From NCBI GenBank assembly GCA_019057385.1, contig JAHQJS010000006.1:677038-741037 (forward strand): a stretch of 64,000 nucleotides of DNA, written 5' to 3'. The translations under genes and the position numbers were made by a program. Shown here one piece after another: positions 47,886-58,162 of this stretch; position 1 is the first letter of the stretch, and each line of letters starts with the position of its first letter. The notes below the pieces were generated by a model. The model was not told the DNA's origin, searched no databases, and saw nothing but the letters and a program-made list of their open reading frames with translations. This DNA comes from Candidatus Borrarchaeum weybense (GTDB taxonomy: Archaea; Asgardarchaeota; Sifarchaeia; Borrarchaeales; Borrarchaeaceae).

Positions 47886-50639
47886 TCACTGGTTTTGAAT
47901 TGATAAATGCTTTTCAGGGGACCAAATAAATTTTCCTGCTTCCACAACCAAGATAACAGAAGCACTCACTGCTATGATTATAACCCATTCTGCTAAGGTT
48001 AGCGGTGAGGTGTTGAATAATGGCTGAAGAAAAGGTACATATATGACCGCTAACTGCATTACAATTGAAGAAGCAACTGCTAGAAGTAGCCATGCATTGG
48101 TAAAAGGACCCAGTTTTGTAATAGAATGTTTTTCTGAGCGGCAATTAAATGCATTAAACATTTCGAACATAACTAGCATTGTGAATGCAATTGTCTGAGC
48201 TTTTTGAATTGTTGCCCCGCTGTTTACAGCCCATGTATATACAGGAATGATGCCTATTGTGATTAAAATCGCAACTGAGGCAATTAGCCAAAGAATTCGC
48301 CTAGTAAATACACTTTCAAGTGGATCTCTCGGTGACCGGCGTAATACATCTGGATCTCGTGGATCTATACTTAGTGCCAATGCAGGAAGTCCATCAGTAG
48401 TCAAGTTTATCCACAGAAGTTGAATTGCAATTAAAGGAAGTGGAAGTCCCATTAAGCTAGCAACGAGTAGTAAAAGAATTTCCCCAGCATTGCAACTAAG
48501 TAAATAAGCCAAATATTTCTTAATATTATCAAAAATACCCCTTCCTTCTTCTACTGCAGCTACAATAGTGGCAAAGTTATCATCAGTAAGAATCATATCA
48601 CTAGCTTCTTTTGATACATCAGTGCCGGTAATACCCATTGCTACACCAATATCTGCCATTTTTAATGCAGGTGCATCATTTATTCCATCTCCTGTCATGG
48701 CAGTAATGTGTCCACCCTTCTGTAATGCACGTACTATACGCTGTTTATGTTCAGGTGAAACACGTGCATAAACCGATACTTCTTCTACCATATTTTCAAA
48801 CTCACTATCTGAAAGTTTATCCAGTTCTGAGCCTGTTAAAACAAGATCATTGGATTTTAAAAGATCAACTTCCTTAGCTACTGCCATTGCTGTAAGTTTA
48901 TGATCGCCAGTAATCATTGTCGTCTTGATACCTGCTTGATTGCACTCTTGGATCGCCTGTTTTACTTCCTCTCTTGGCGGGTCTATCATGCCTTCGAGAC
49001 CAATGAAGCAGAAGCCATTTTGTAAATTATCCTCAGAAATATCCTGACTTTTTGATAAATGCTTGTACGCTACCGCTAATACTCTTAAAGCCTCAGAAGC
49101 CATATTTTGATTGGTCTGTAAAATGTTTTTCCTATTTTCTTCATTTAAAGGTATGCTATGACCATTTCCATACACATCCGAACACATATCCAATACAATC
49201 TCGGGAGCACCCTTGAGAAATGCTAGTAAATCGCCATTGGCTTTTGAGTGAACAGTAATCATCCTTTTACTTTCTGAAGTAAAAGGTATTTCCCAAACGC
49301 GTGGATACTGCTTCTTGAGATCTTGTTGCCACAAACCCGCCTTTGCTGCAGCGACTATTAGTGCGATTTCCGTTGGATCACCGAATAATGAAAACTTATC
49401 TTGTGAGGCAGTATCTATTTCAAAGGACGAATTAGCACATAACGCTGCACTTTGAAGCAGAAGAGCAAGGGTCGACCCTTCATTAGGGTTAATTGCCTCG
49501 CCTTGAAACAGAAAGTCTCCTTGCGGATCAAACCCGACTCCCGTTACATCAATTATTTTTGAGTTTGTAAAAATCTTTGAAACGGTCATCTCATTTTTAG
49601 TAAGCGTCCCTGTTTTATCACTACAAATGACCGTAGTACAACCCAGCGTTTCAACGACTGGCAATTTTCGTACAATGGCATGTCTTCGCGCCATTCGCTG
49701 GACACCGACAGTCAAAGCTACTACTACCACTGCGGGGAGCGCTTCTGGAACTGCTGCTACCGCTAATGAAACTGACCAAATAAAAATCTCTACCAAAAGT
49801 GCTTGATTTAAGAGTGCAAACTTGAACCCAGTCTCGTGATAGACAAGTATCAAGGCAACAAAAACGACCACAACAATACAGAGGATTCCCAACCATTTAC
49901 CAATGTAATCAAGTCGTTGTTGAAGAGGCGTTTGCCCTTCTTCGGCGGTTTGGATGAGTTTTGCTATTTTACCAAACTCGGTTTCCATTCCCGTTGCTAC
50001 AACAAGTCCAGTTCCTCTTCCATATGCAACTGAAGTGCCAGAATATGCCATATTTGTCCGATCTGCTAGAGGCATATCCTTCTCAAGAGGTAGTATAGAC
50101 TTGTGGACCGAGACAGATTCACCAGTAAGCGATGCTTCGTCCATCTTGAGGTTAATTGCTTCGATCAGACGAATATCTGCAGGAATTTTGTTTCCCATTT
50201 CGAGAAGAACAATATCGCCAGGAACTACTTCCCTCGAAGGGATTTCTTGAATAATGCCATCACGTCTAACACGCGCAACAGGTGCTGCAATCTGTTTTAA
50301 CGCTTCGATTGCTTTTTCTGCTCTGAATTCTTGTATAAATCCAAGAACAGCTACTGCAATAATAATCGCGAAGATTACTGTTGCGTCAAGTAACTCTCCT
50401 AAAAAAGCAGAAATGGTAACAGCGGCTAGTAAAATAATAATCAAAAAACTCTTGAATTGTTCTGCAAATAGAAGAAAAACGTTTTTTTTCTTTCCTTCTT
50501 CAATTTCATTGTAACCTGTTTGTAGGAGACGTCTTTCTGCATCTTCGCAATCTAAACCATTCGGCTTAGAGTTTAAAACCTCTAAACATTCTTCGACTGA
50601 TGATACGCTGTGATTCACTTGAGACTCTTGTATTTTCAA
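47886..50639 (-). CDS. P-type IIA cation (Ca2+)-transporting ATPase
   Basis: TGES, VPEALP, ICSDKTGT, KGAPE, TGDGINDAPALK. Confidence 0.95.
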   Translation of the reverse strand: MKIQESQVNHSVSSVEECLEVLNSKPNGLDCEDAERRLLQTGYNEIEEGKKKNVFLLFAEQFKSFLIIILLAAVTISAFLGELLDATVIFAIIIAVAVLGFIQEFRAEKAIEALKQIAAPVARVRRDGIIQEIPSREVVPGDIVLLEMGNKIPADIRLIEAINLKMDEASLTGESVSVHKSILPLEKDMPLADRTNMAYSGTSVAYGRGTGLVVATGMETEFGKIAKLIQTAEEGQTPLQQRLDYIGKWLGILCIVVVVFVALILVYHETGFKFALLNQALLVEIFIWSVSLAVAAVPEALPAVVVVALTVGVQRMARRHAIVRKLPVVETLGCTTVICSDKTGTLTKNEMTVSKIFTNSKIIDVTGVGFDPQGDFLFQGEAINPNEGSTLALLLQSAALCANSSFEIDTASQDKFSLFGDPTEIALIVAAAKAGLWQQDLKKQYPRVWEIPFTSESKRMITVHSKANGDLLAFLKGAPEIVLDMCSDVYGNGHSIPLNEENRKNILQTNQNMASEALRVLAVAYKHLSKSQDISEDNLQNGFCFIGLEGMIDPPREEVKQAIQECNQAGIKTTMITGDHKLTAMAVAKEVDLLKSNDLVLTGSELDKLSDSEFENMVEEVSVYARVSPEHKQRIVRALQKGGHITAMTGDGINDAPALKMADIGVAMGITGTDVSKEASDMILTDDNFATIVAAVEEGRGIFDNIKKYLAYLLSCNAGEILLLLVASLMGLPLPLIAIQLLWINLTTDGLPALALSIDPRDPDVLRRSPRDPLESVFTRRILWLIASVAILITIGIIPVYTWAVNSGATIQKAQTIAFTMLVMFEMFNAFNCRSEKHSITKLGPFTNAWLLLAVASSIVMQLAVIYVPFLQPLFNTSPLTLAEWVIIIAVSASVILVVEAGKFIWSPEKHLSIQNQ

Positions 50640-51221
50640 CGATATAGCACCAGAATATCATTATTACTTTCAAGTATTATATGAGAATAATAAATTAGCG
50701 CTTCTAATAAGATGAAACATGGCGCAAAAGAAGTTTGCCAAACTTATTAAAGTTTTTGGAAGCAGATTATCAATCTTCTTCGGATTGACTGTAGGGACTC
50801 TAAAATCACACTTCACGGCCAATTTAACAGCCTCATAGGTTACAAAATTTAATATTCATTTGCATAAATTGTGCAAAAAACACATGTTTCACAATATTTA
50901 TAAATTTTAGCCATCTCGGAGAAAGCTTTTTATATTTGATACCTCTACTATTATGTAGAGTCATCAATTAAATATTGCGGAGAAATTTATGGAAAGTTTT
51001 AAAAATAATGTCGAGACATCAATATTATTATAGAATTGATAATATATCAGAAAAAAAACTATAAAACTCGGACGTGAAAAATAATGAAACTTCCCTGCAA
51101 AAACGTTCCATTAATTTATTGTATCTATGGTATTTGCGATGCATGTACTTATTGTCATAAAACTAATTTAGCCCCCCCAGAACCGCAAACGCAAAGAGTA
51201 GCAACCGCCTAAAAAACTATT

Positions 51222-51242
51222 GGCACGGCTTTAAGCCGTGCC
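51222..51242. repeat. Perfect GC-rich palindrome (IS200/REP-like hairpin)
   Basis: GGCACGGCT-TTA-AGCCGTGCC in an AT-rich intergenic region. Confidence 0.55.
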
Positions 51243-51364
51243 TCCTCCCCCTTTACTTCTCTTTTTTCTGCTCATCACTATGTTGAGCCAAACTTAATTT
51301 TGGAATAGTGATAGTATTAACTGTTTTTTCACAATGGATAAGTTTTTATACCGCTTTTATTATG

Positions 51365-51396
51365 TAGATGTCAATATATATAGATCTCAATATATA
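51365..51396. promoter_or_regulatory. 16-bp direct repeat upstream of ABC operon
   Basis: TAGATGTCAATATATA TAGATCTCAATATATA. Confidence 0.4.
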
Positions 51397-51473
51397 ACTG
51401 TATAGTGTACTGATTGATTTGGGCAAGACGACAAATATAGTTAAAAATCGTTAAAGTCTTCAATCTAAGTGGG

Positions 51474-52490
51474 ATGGAAATGGCGAAAAATGTTATTGAA
51501 GTGAGAAATCTTACAAAGGTATTTGACAAGACCATAAAGGCTGTAGATCACATAAATTTCGAAGTAGAACAGGGGGAAATTTTTGGATTTCTAGGTCCTA
51601 ACGGGGCTGGAAAGACAACAACAATTTCTATGTTAGCTACGATCCTTAAACCCACTGAAGGAAATGCTACAATTTGTGGTCACGATATTATTAAAGAACC
51701 AGATACCGTTCGGCGATGTATTGGTATTGTCTTTCAAGACCCCAGTCTGGACGATAGGCTTACGGGTCGGGAAAATCTCGACTTTCATGCTAGACTTTAT
51801 CGCATCCAACGGGATTTAAGAAAAAAGAGGATTACAGAAGTTCTTGAGTTAGTAAATTTAACAGAACAAGCTGATCGATTAGTAGAAACTTATTCAGGCG
51901 GAATGAAAAGGAGATTGGAAATCGCGAGGGGACTGATGCATTATCCCCATGTTTTATTTTTAGATGAGCCAACCATAGGCCTAGATCCGCAATCTAGGCG
52001 AGCGATATGGAGTCACATTGAAAGACTAAACAAAGAAGAAGATATTACAATTATGTTGTCGACTCACTACATGGAGGAAGCAGATCATCTCTGTGCCAGA
52101 ATTGCTATAATTGATCATGGACAGATTGTAGCTTGTAACAACCCTATGGCATTGAAAGATGAGCTTGGGGGGGACATCATTCTTTTAAGACCAGTTAATG
52201 GCACTTTAATGGAACATTTACTAGGTCCGTTTCAGGGATTAGAATGGATCAGAAAAATCTCGCCCACCGATGGTATATTTAACCTAGTAGTTGATCAGGG
52301 TGAAAAACGAATCCCGCAAGTATTAGCGATCGCTAAAAATGCAGGGGTTGAAATTGCATCTGTTGGTCTCAACAAACCGACCTTAGACGACGTCTTTTTG
52401 CACTTTACAGGTCGAAGAATCCGCGAAGAACGAGGAGACAGGGCTTCAATGTTTAAAACGATGATGAGGGCTCGTAACCGAAGGAGGTAA
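51474..52490 (+). CDS. ABC transporter ATP-binding protein (DrrA-like)
   Basis: GPNGAGKTT, YSGGM, LFLDEPT, STHYMEEA. Confidence 0.93.
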   Translation: MEMAKNVIEVRNLTKVFDKTIKAVDHINFEVEQGEIFGFLGPNGAGKTTTISMLATILKPTEGNATICGHDIIKEPDTVRRCIGIVFQDPSLDDRLTGRENLDFHARLYRIQRDLRKKRITEVLELVNLTEQADRLVETYSGGMKRRLEIARGLMHYPHVLFLDEPTIGLDPQSRRAIWSHIERLNKEEDITIMLSTHYMEEADHLCARIAIIDHGQIVACNNPMALKDELGGDIILLRPVNGTLMEHLLGPFQGLEWIRKISPTDGIFNLVVDQGEKRIPQVLAIAKNAGVEIASVGLNKPTLDDVFLHFTGRRIREERGDRASMFKTMMRARNRRR

Positions 52491-52496
52491 GCAAAA

Positions 52497-53258
52497 ATGA
52501 ATTTTGAGGCAATTTATATAATTTGGCTTCGTGAATTAAAAAGATATTTTCGTGCTAGATCGAATATTGTTGGTTCTTTGGCTCAGAACTTCTTCTGGTT
52601 GGCCATTTTCGGTTTTGGTTTAGGAGCGTCAGTAATGATTCCAGGTACCGGCAATTATATTATATTTTTGGCTCCAGGTATCGTAGGGATGACGTTACTC
52701 TTCTCATCTATATTTTCTGGAATTGGCGTAGTTTGGGATAAACAGTTCGGATTTTTAAAAGAGATCCTAGTAGCGCCTGTGCCGAGATCATCGATAATGC
52801 TCGGCAAGACACTTGGCGGCGCCACAACAGCTACACTACAAGCCTTTATTATGCTCTTGCTGGCGGGACTTCTTGGAGTACCAATATTCACAAATCCGGC
52901 GGGAATATTAATAGCGCTCGGACTTATGTTGATTACAGCATGTGGTTTCGTGGCTTTGGGAGTGGCTATCGCATCGACAATGAAGGATCCTCATGGCTTT
53001 CAACTAATAATGAATTTCATAGTGATGCCTCTTTTCCTCTTATCAGGCGCGTTCTTTCCAGTTACAAATTTACCAAACTGGCTACGTATTATAGTCCTCT
53101 TTGATCCCTTGACTTATGCCGTTGATGGTCTGAGAAATGCAGTGATTGGAAGTGCAGCAGCAGCCTTTCCTTTTACAATCACTGTACCTGTCTTAGTCGG
53201 ATTCATGGTGGCAACGGTGTTACTTGGAAGTCTTCTCTTCCGAAAAACGCAAATTTAA
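52497..53258 (+). CDS. ABC-2 type permease (DrrB-like)
   Basis: FLAPGI, DKQFGFLKEILVAP, LSGAFFP, PLTYAVDGLR. Confidence 0.92.
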   Translation: MNFEAIYIIWLRELKRYFRARSNIVGSLAQNFFWLAIFGFGLGASVMIPGTGNYIIFLAPGIVGMTLLFSSIFSGIGVVWDKQFGFLKEILVAPVPRSSIMLGKTLGGATTATLQAFIMLLLAGLLGVPIFTNPAGILIALGLMLITACGFVALGVAIASTMKDPHGFQLIMNFIVMPLFLLSGAFFPVTNLPNWLRIIVLFDPLTYAVDGLRNAVIGSAAAAFPFTITVPVLVGFMVATVLLGSLLFRKTQI

Positions 53259-53284
53259 TATACCTTCTGGAAAACTGGGAGGAC

Positions 53285-54154
53285 CTATTTTTCACTATCT
53301 ATTTTTTGGATTTCTTCCAAGTATAGATCTGGGCGGCGATCAAGTATAAAACTATGCGTTTCCATTCTGGGAAGTACTTGTTCTATTTCCTTCCACGTCG
53401 TAACATGATATAACGGACTATCTTTGCGTGTTTCACGTAACCAACCCAGATCAAGTTCGGCGGTTATAATCTGTTGATCTGGGCCGCATTCTACTATCAC
53501 GTCATTTTCAAATTTCGGTGCAACAATTAGTGATCCTATCCATTTCTGTTTAGCCATTCCCGCTGAGCACACAAACACGTTGTTCTCTAGAGCGCGAACA
53601 CGACATAACCGTTTCCAAAAGGTTAAAAATTGCGCTGGCATTCGAGATGGTACAAAAAGAATTTCTGCTCCTTTCAATACAAGAATTCTAGGGGTTTCAG
53701 GAATAGCGAGATCCTGACAAAGAAGCACACCGGCTTTTCCAAAATCAAGATCGAGTACTTTGAGTACATCGCCAGAGGTAGATTTTCTGAAGGTGGGTTC
53801 CCATGGAAATAAATTGACCTTTCTGTGATTGAAGATAATTTGTCCTTTTCTGTCAAATACTGGTGTTGAATTATACTTTATTTCACCCGCTTTTTCAAAA
53901 AGTCCGCCTGTTAAATACACCTTATTATCTCTTGCAAAATCTGATAAGACATCAGTTGTTGGACCAGGGATGGGTTCTGACAAGCCAGCACCTATGAATA
54001 ACTCTGGTAAACAAATGAAATCCGCTTCTAGCGCAACAGCTTCTTCCATTAAGGCTATTGCACGTTCAATATTCCCCTCCCTCCCACTCTTAAGTTCACT
54101 CTTAATCCATAACTGGACGGCAGCTACTTTTACGGTATCTTTCAAAATTATCAC
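53285..54154 (-). CDS. Carbon-nitrogen hydrolase (nitrilase family)
   Basis: LPEL, HRKVNL, LCQD catalytic triad E-K-C; RALEN. Confidence 0.9.
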   Translation of the reverse strand: MIILKDTVKVAAVQLWIKSELKSGREGNIERAIALMEEAVALEADFICLPELFIGAGLSEPIPGPTTDVLSDFARDNKVYLTGGLFEKAGEIKYNSTPVFDRKGQIIFNHRKVNLFPWEPTFRKSTSGDVLKVLDLDFGKAGVLLCQDLAIPETPRILVLKGAEILFVPSRMPAQFLTFWKRLCRVRALENNVFVCSAGMAKQKWIGSLIVAPKFENDVIVECGPDQQIITAELDLGWLRETRKDSPLYHVTTWKEIEQVLPRMETHSFILDRRPDLYLEEIQKIDSEK

Positions 54155-54231
54155 TCCATTCTCAGTTTATATGAATGTTCATAACATAAAATAGCACAGC
54201 ATACAAAGTGATATTTAGCATATCTCGTCCT

Positions 54232-54280
54232 TTTAACTTATGTGGTGAGACGTGCCCATTCAACAGGTGGGACGGTTCAC
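54232..54280 (+). mobile_element. Mini single-hairpin IS200/IS605-type element (degenerate)
   Basis: TTTAACTTATGTGG..CCCA..TGGG..GTTCAC; same ends as 55344 and 63414. Confidence 0.5.
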
Positions 54281-54298
54281 AATCTAACTAAAAAAAAG

Positions 54299-54835
54299 CT
54301 ATTTGCTTAGTGTTTGTGTTGCGAGGATATCCTGTGTTAACTCTTGGAAAATACGACCAACATTATCTCCTGTTTTTGCACTTGTTGGGATGAATTTTTT
54401 TAATTTGTTCTTTGCAAGATAATCTTGAATAAATTTATTGTCGATTATTCCTGCAATATCTGATTTTGTTCCAACTAAAAAAATTGAGGGCTTTTTTGTA
54501 TTTTCCCTGATAATTGCCAACCATTCATCTAAATTAATTAATGTAGTAAAATCATTCATATCAAAAGCCAATATAACGCCATGAGCACCCTTGCAGTAAC
54601 TAGGGAGAATGAAGCGAAAACGCTTTTCCCCACCAAAGTCCCATAGTTGAAGAGTGACTATTCTATCTTCGGTTTCTATCACTTCACTGTAAAAACCTGC
54701 ACCGATCGTAATTTTCATCACTTCTAAAAATGTGTTTGACACATACCTATTAAGCAAGCTTGTTTTTCCAACCCCTCCGTCGCCCGCTACCACGACCTTG
54801 ACGTAATACTCCTCTTTTGATGCCACAGCTGCCAT
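54299..54835 (-). CDS. Rab-like small GTPase
   Basis: GDGGVGKTS, TIG, WDFGGEKRFR, GTKSD, TSAK; no C-terminal prenylation cysteines. Confidence 0.92.
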   Translation of the reverse strand: MAAVASKEEYYVKVVVAGDGGVGKTSLLNRYVSNTFLEVMKITIGAGFYSEVIETEDRIVTLQLWDFGGEKRFRFILPSYCKGAHGVILAFDMNDFTTLINLDEWLAIIRENTKKPSIFLVGTKSDIAGIIDNKFIQDYLAKNKLKKFIPTSAKTGDNVGRIFQELTQDILATQTLSK

Positions 54836-54990
54836 TTAGGATCCTCTTTGATATCTTTTATATGTAGGTATCGTTAATGAAGAAATTGCAGTACTTCTAA
54901 AAAAGTATTTTGGACTTCTTAGAAAAAACTTCCAATTTGAAATTAATTTCCAAAAACAATTGCTTCTGTCTGTCTTACCGTTGATTTTAC

Positions 54991-55301
54991 GAGTAGCTAA
55001 GCAAGAAAGCACCAAAGCTTCAGCGTGGTGATGAATTGCGTGAGTGTTCACTTTCAACACTTGCATCGAGGGGTCTCCCTAATAGTTATAAGGTGGTATG
55101 ACGAAGATATCAACGGCTATTGGAGGGACAATACGCATACTTGTAGACAAGGTGCATACTCCGATTGCATCACGATCGTTAGCCGTACCTACGGGGCGTA
55201 GGGATGTTAAGCCTGTGGAGATAAGACCTCCGTAACCCGTAAGGGGATCGAGTCCGTCGTTGAAGCAGGAAGCCTCGATGCTTTAGCACGAGGTAGCTCA
55301 C
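54991..55301 (+). mobile_element. Non-autonomous IS200/IS605 element (LE + omegaRNA-like RE), copy 2
   Basis: Preceded by TTAC; begins GAGTAGCTAAGCAAGAAAGCACCA, ends GAGGTAGCTCAC as copy 1. Confidence 0.85.
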
Positions 55302-55343
55302 AGGTTATAAGGGTAGAATTGCTGCCTTAAATTAGAAAATAAA

Positions 55344-55392
55344 TTTAACTTAATCGGCGGGAAGCCTCATCCGAAAGGATGGGGTAGTTCAC
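55344..55392 (+). mobile_element. Mini single-hairpin IS200/IS605-type element
   Basis: TTTAACTTAATCGGCGG-GAAG-CCTCATCC-GAAA-GGATGGGG-TAGTTCAC. Confidence 0.7.
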
Positions 55393-55481
55393 GCATATAA
55401 GAAAATCAAGATAGCTGGATGGTCTTAAATATGACTGGATTTGAGTATAACCGACTTCTTAGTAAAAAAAGATGTCCGCAT

Positions 55482-56279
55482 CTATTTTGGTCTAATCTTA
55501 GAAGCGACATGTCCCATTTTCTTGAAACTTTCGATCTGTTCGAATAACTTTCCAGCAGTAGATTCAATGCCATGTGGACTTAATTCTTCTTTTAACTCAT
55601 TAATTGTATATCCTGCATCTTTGGAACTGCCAATGATTTCGAGAATTTTTTTATTTTCTTCTGAAAAATGATCTACTTTTTCTTGTAGCTCTGCCCACGG
55701 TTTTTTGAGCACATAAACACGTGTAAATGTTTCTGCCGAAATTTCTTCTGCCGTTTCTACTATTTCAGATATGTGCCCCATCTTCTTAAAAGACTCAAGC
55801 TGTTCGAAGGTTTTTCCAACGGACGCTTCAATTCCTTGTGCTTTCAATTTGTCGACAATTTCTGGTGCCATCATTCCTGCAGTAGCAGAATTATCAAGGA
55901 GTTCAAGAACATTCTTGTTTTCTTCTGAAAAGTGTTCTACGCGTGGTTTCAACTCTGCCCATGGTTTTTTCAGCATATATCGTTTATAAAATGCAGGTGA
56001 GAGTTCGGTTTCTTCTATTTTGTAGGCTTCACCTTCAATGATCGCAGTTTTGTGATCCTTTGAGATTTTGATGGCTTCATCCTTTGGAAAAACGTTCTCT
56101 CTTCGTACATTTCCATCAGTATCAAGATACAGAAGTAGTATATGAGTGCCGTGGTCAAGTGTTTTCGTAACTAACCCCATGGATTGGGATGCACGTTCAA
56201 TATCTTTTTCAGTAATTTCAAGAGCTTCTCTAGCACCACAATTCGGGCATGTTACTTGAATTATCTTAGAGGACAGCAT
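55482..56279 (-). CDS. Hypothetical protein: N-terminal CxxC..HxxH domain plus two tandem ~70-aa repeats
   Basis: CPNCG..DHGTH; repeats YxLKKPWAEL..HFSEENK..GIE..GKxFEQxESFKKMGH. Confidence 0.75.
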   Translation of the reverse strand: MLSSKIIQVTCPNCGAREALEITEKDIERASQSMGLVTKTLDHGTHILLLYLDTDGNVRRENVFPKDEAIKISKDHKTAIIEGEAYKIEETELSPAFYKRYMLKKPWAELKPRVEHFSEENKNVLELLDNSATAGMMAPEIVDKLKAQGIEASVGKTFEQLESFKKMGHISEIVETAEEISAETFTRVYVLKKPWAELQEKVDHFSEENKKILEIIGSSKDAGYTINELKEELSPHGIESTAGKLFEQIESFKKMGHVASKIRPK

Positions 56280-56662
56280 AATTATCAACCACAGAGATTA
56301 TATAATCAATTCAGACGGGAAAACGTGAGGATTATCACAATCCTTGCCCATACCAGATTTATAACTATCCTCTTTAATAAACATTACGTCCTCAAATATT
56401 TTGTGATGATTAAAGAAGTACGTGTTTTTTAACTTATTCGGCTGGAAGAAAGGGATTTTAAAGAATAAGGGATTCTCGAAATAAAGACGATCGAAAAGAG
56501 AAGTTATTTCAGGATGCGACTTTTAAGGTCGAAACGTTTTTTTACAAGGATGACATTAGAATCTTGAGGAACACGCCACTTATGTGATCTGTCAGAAAAG
56601 AAATATCTAATTAATTAGAGTTAAATAAATCTACGCAAAGCTTAAAATATTCTTTAAAAAGG

Positions 56663-57550
56663 ATGGAGGATATGATTCATCTCATTTTAGCAACGTTTGA
56701 GTCTGGGCTGGGCTCGGTATTGTATGATGACAAGGTTATTTCGGCAAAAAACTCACACTCAAACTTAGGAGAAGGATATGATAGTTCAGAATATTATCCT
56801 CGTTTTATTCGAGCACTTTATGATTTTGCGCAAGAAATTTCAAAGGAAAAGAAATTTCGAATTCATAAAGTGGATTTACTCAATTATAATCTTCTACTTT
56901 TTGATACTGGTGAAGTATTATGGGGTTTTTTTTGTGATTTCTGGGATAATATGCCCTATACCGAAGAAAAGATTACGAAAATTATCAAACTTTTGGATTC
57001 TACCGTCAGAAAGGCAGATAGAACGCAACCGCAATTTGAAATTGAAAATTCATTGCATCAAAAATTAGATCAAATATTGACTACTCAGGTGTTTCCTAAA
57101 GACAAATTGGAAGAAATCAATGAGATTATTGAAAAATTGGACAATACTGCTCCACCGCAAATTACAATAACTTCTGTTTACCTTTTTGATATTGATGGTG
57201 GAATTGTAAAAGCATGGGAGCCTGTTAAGGATTATGGAGGTAAAATTCGTCGAACTCTCTACAAGCTAGTATGTGAAATGCCATTTCATTTTCAAAGTAG
57301 ATTAGAACTAAATGTTGATCTAGGTTCAAATGAAAATGAAGGCTGGAAAATTGTACGCTTAGGAGACACAGAATTTGCCATGTGTTTTCGTGTAATGTAC
57401 GCGACAGAACACAGGGGTCTACTGAATGTCATAACAAAATCTACATGTGAAAAGGTCTTAGAAATCATTAAGAATGACATCCAAAATGTCAAAACAAAAG
57501 CATCCCATTATTCATATGAAATTCGAACAAAAGACTTCTTCGATTTTTAA
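56663..57550 (+). CDS. Hypothetical protein, possibly longin-like plus profilin/roadblock-like domains
   Basis: ESGLGSVLY..FIRALYDFAQEI; ITSVYLFDIDGGIV; fold call is inference. Confidence 0.55.
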   Translation: MEDMIHLILATFESGLGSVLYDDKVISAKNSHSNLGEGYDSSEYYPRFIRALYDFAQEISKEKKFRIHKVDLLNYNLLLFDTGEVLWGFFCDFWDNMPYTEEKITKIIKLLDSTVRKADRTQPQFEIENSLHQKLDQILTTQVFPKDKLEEINEIIEKLDNTAPPQITITSVYLFDIDGGIVKAWEPVKDYGGKIRRTLYKLVCEMPFHFQSRLELNVDLGSNENEGWKIVRLGDTEFAMCFRVMYATEHRGLLNVITKSTCEKVLEIIKNDIQNVKTKASHYSYEIRTKDFFDF

Positions 57551-57608
57551 TTGATAGACAGTTTCCTCCTTAAAAAACAGTAAAGAGTCTTAAAGACTAG
57601 ATATAAAC

Positions 57609-57643
57609 GAAAATAAAGTAGAAAATAAAGTAGAAAATAAAGT
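57609..57643. repeat. 12-bp tandem repeat x3
   Basis: GAAAATAAAGTA GAAAATAAAGTA GAAAATAAAGT. Confidence 0.85.
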
Positions 57644-57662
57644 CAAAGTTTCCCAAAGAAAA

Positions 57663-58004
57663 ATGGTGAGAAAAATGAAAATTCTTGAGGTTAACATTCC
57701 TTTTGACGAATTACCAGAAGACATTCAGAAAAAATGCCGGGATGGTATCAAAAAGGAAATCAAAACAACATTTGAAAGAGAAAGTGACGGAAGCGGATGG
57801 GTGATTCATTGCGAATTCCTAGGAGAACCTGTACAGCATAAGAATGTTAATAATACAGAATTGCAGGAAAATGAAATTATTGAACAGTTTTATGCTAAGG
57901 ACATTGAACCTGAACTCATTGATTTGCTGCTTTCAGGTCAACACTTGTTTCCACTGGATATAGTGATTCGAATAACTCAGAAGCAGTCAATTACCCCACC
58001 CTAA
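57663..58004 (+). CDS. Hypothetical protein; stop codon lies inside an IS hairpin
   Basis: 113-aa ORF ending SITPP* within 57986-58020. Confidence 0.55.
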   Translation: MVRKMKILEVNIPFDELPEDIQKKCRDGIKKEIKTTFERESDGSGWVIHCEFLGEPVQHKNVNNTELQENEIIEQFYAKDIEPELIDLLLSGQHLFPLDIVIRITQKQSITPP

Positions 58005-58020
58005 AGGGTAGGGGCTTCCA
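57986..58020 (-). mobile_element. IS200/IS605-type end hairpin
   Basis: Minus strand GGAAG-CCCCTACCCT-TT-AGGGTGGGG-TAATTGAC, same architecture as 55344 element. Confidence 0.65.
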
Positions 58021-58162
58021 GAGGCGGGAGTCGTGATAAGGTTGATTTTTTCTTTTTTCATTTTGGGGATTTAGGTTCAACAGAACCCGAAATCAAGATT
58101 TAATATGTTGTTTTTTGAATGTAGAAATCCTATTTAGTAAAGAATTTAAGTAAAACAATAAA

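Noticed and set aside
57609-57643. CRISPR array
   Set aside because: Contiguous 12-bp repeats without spacers.
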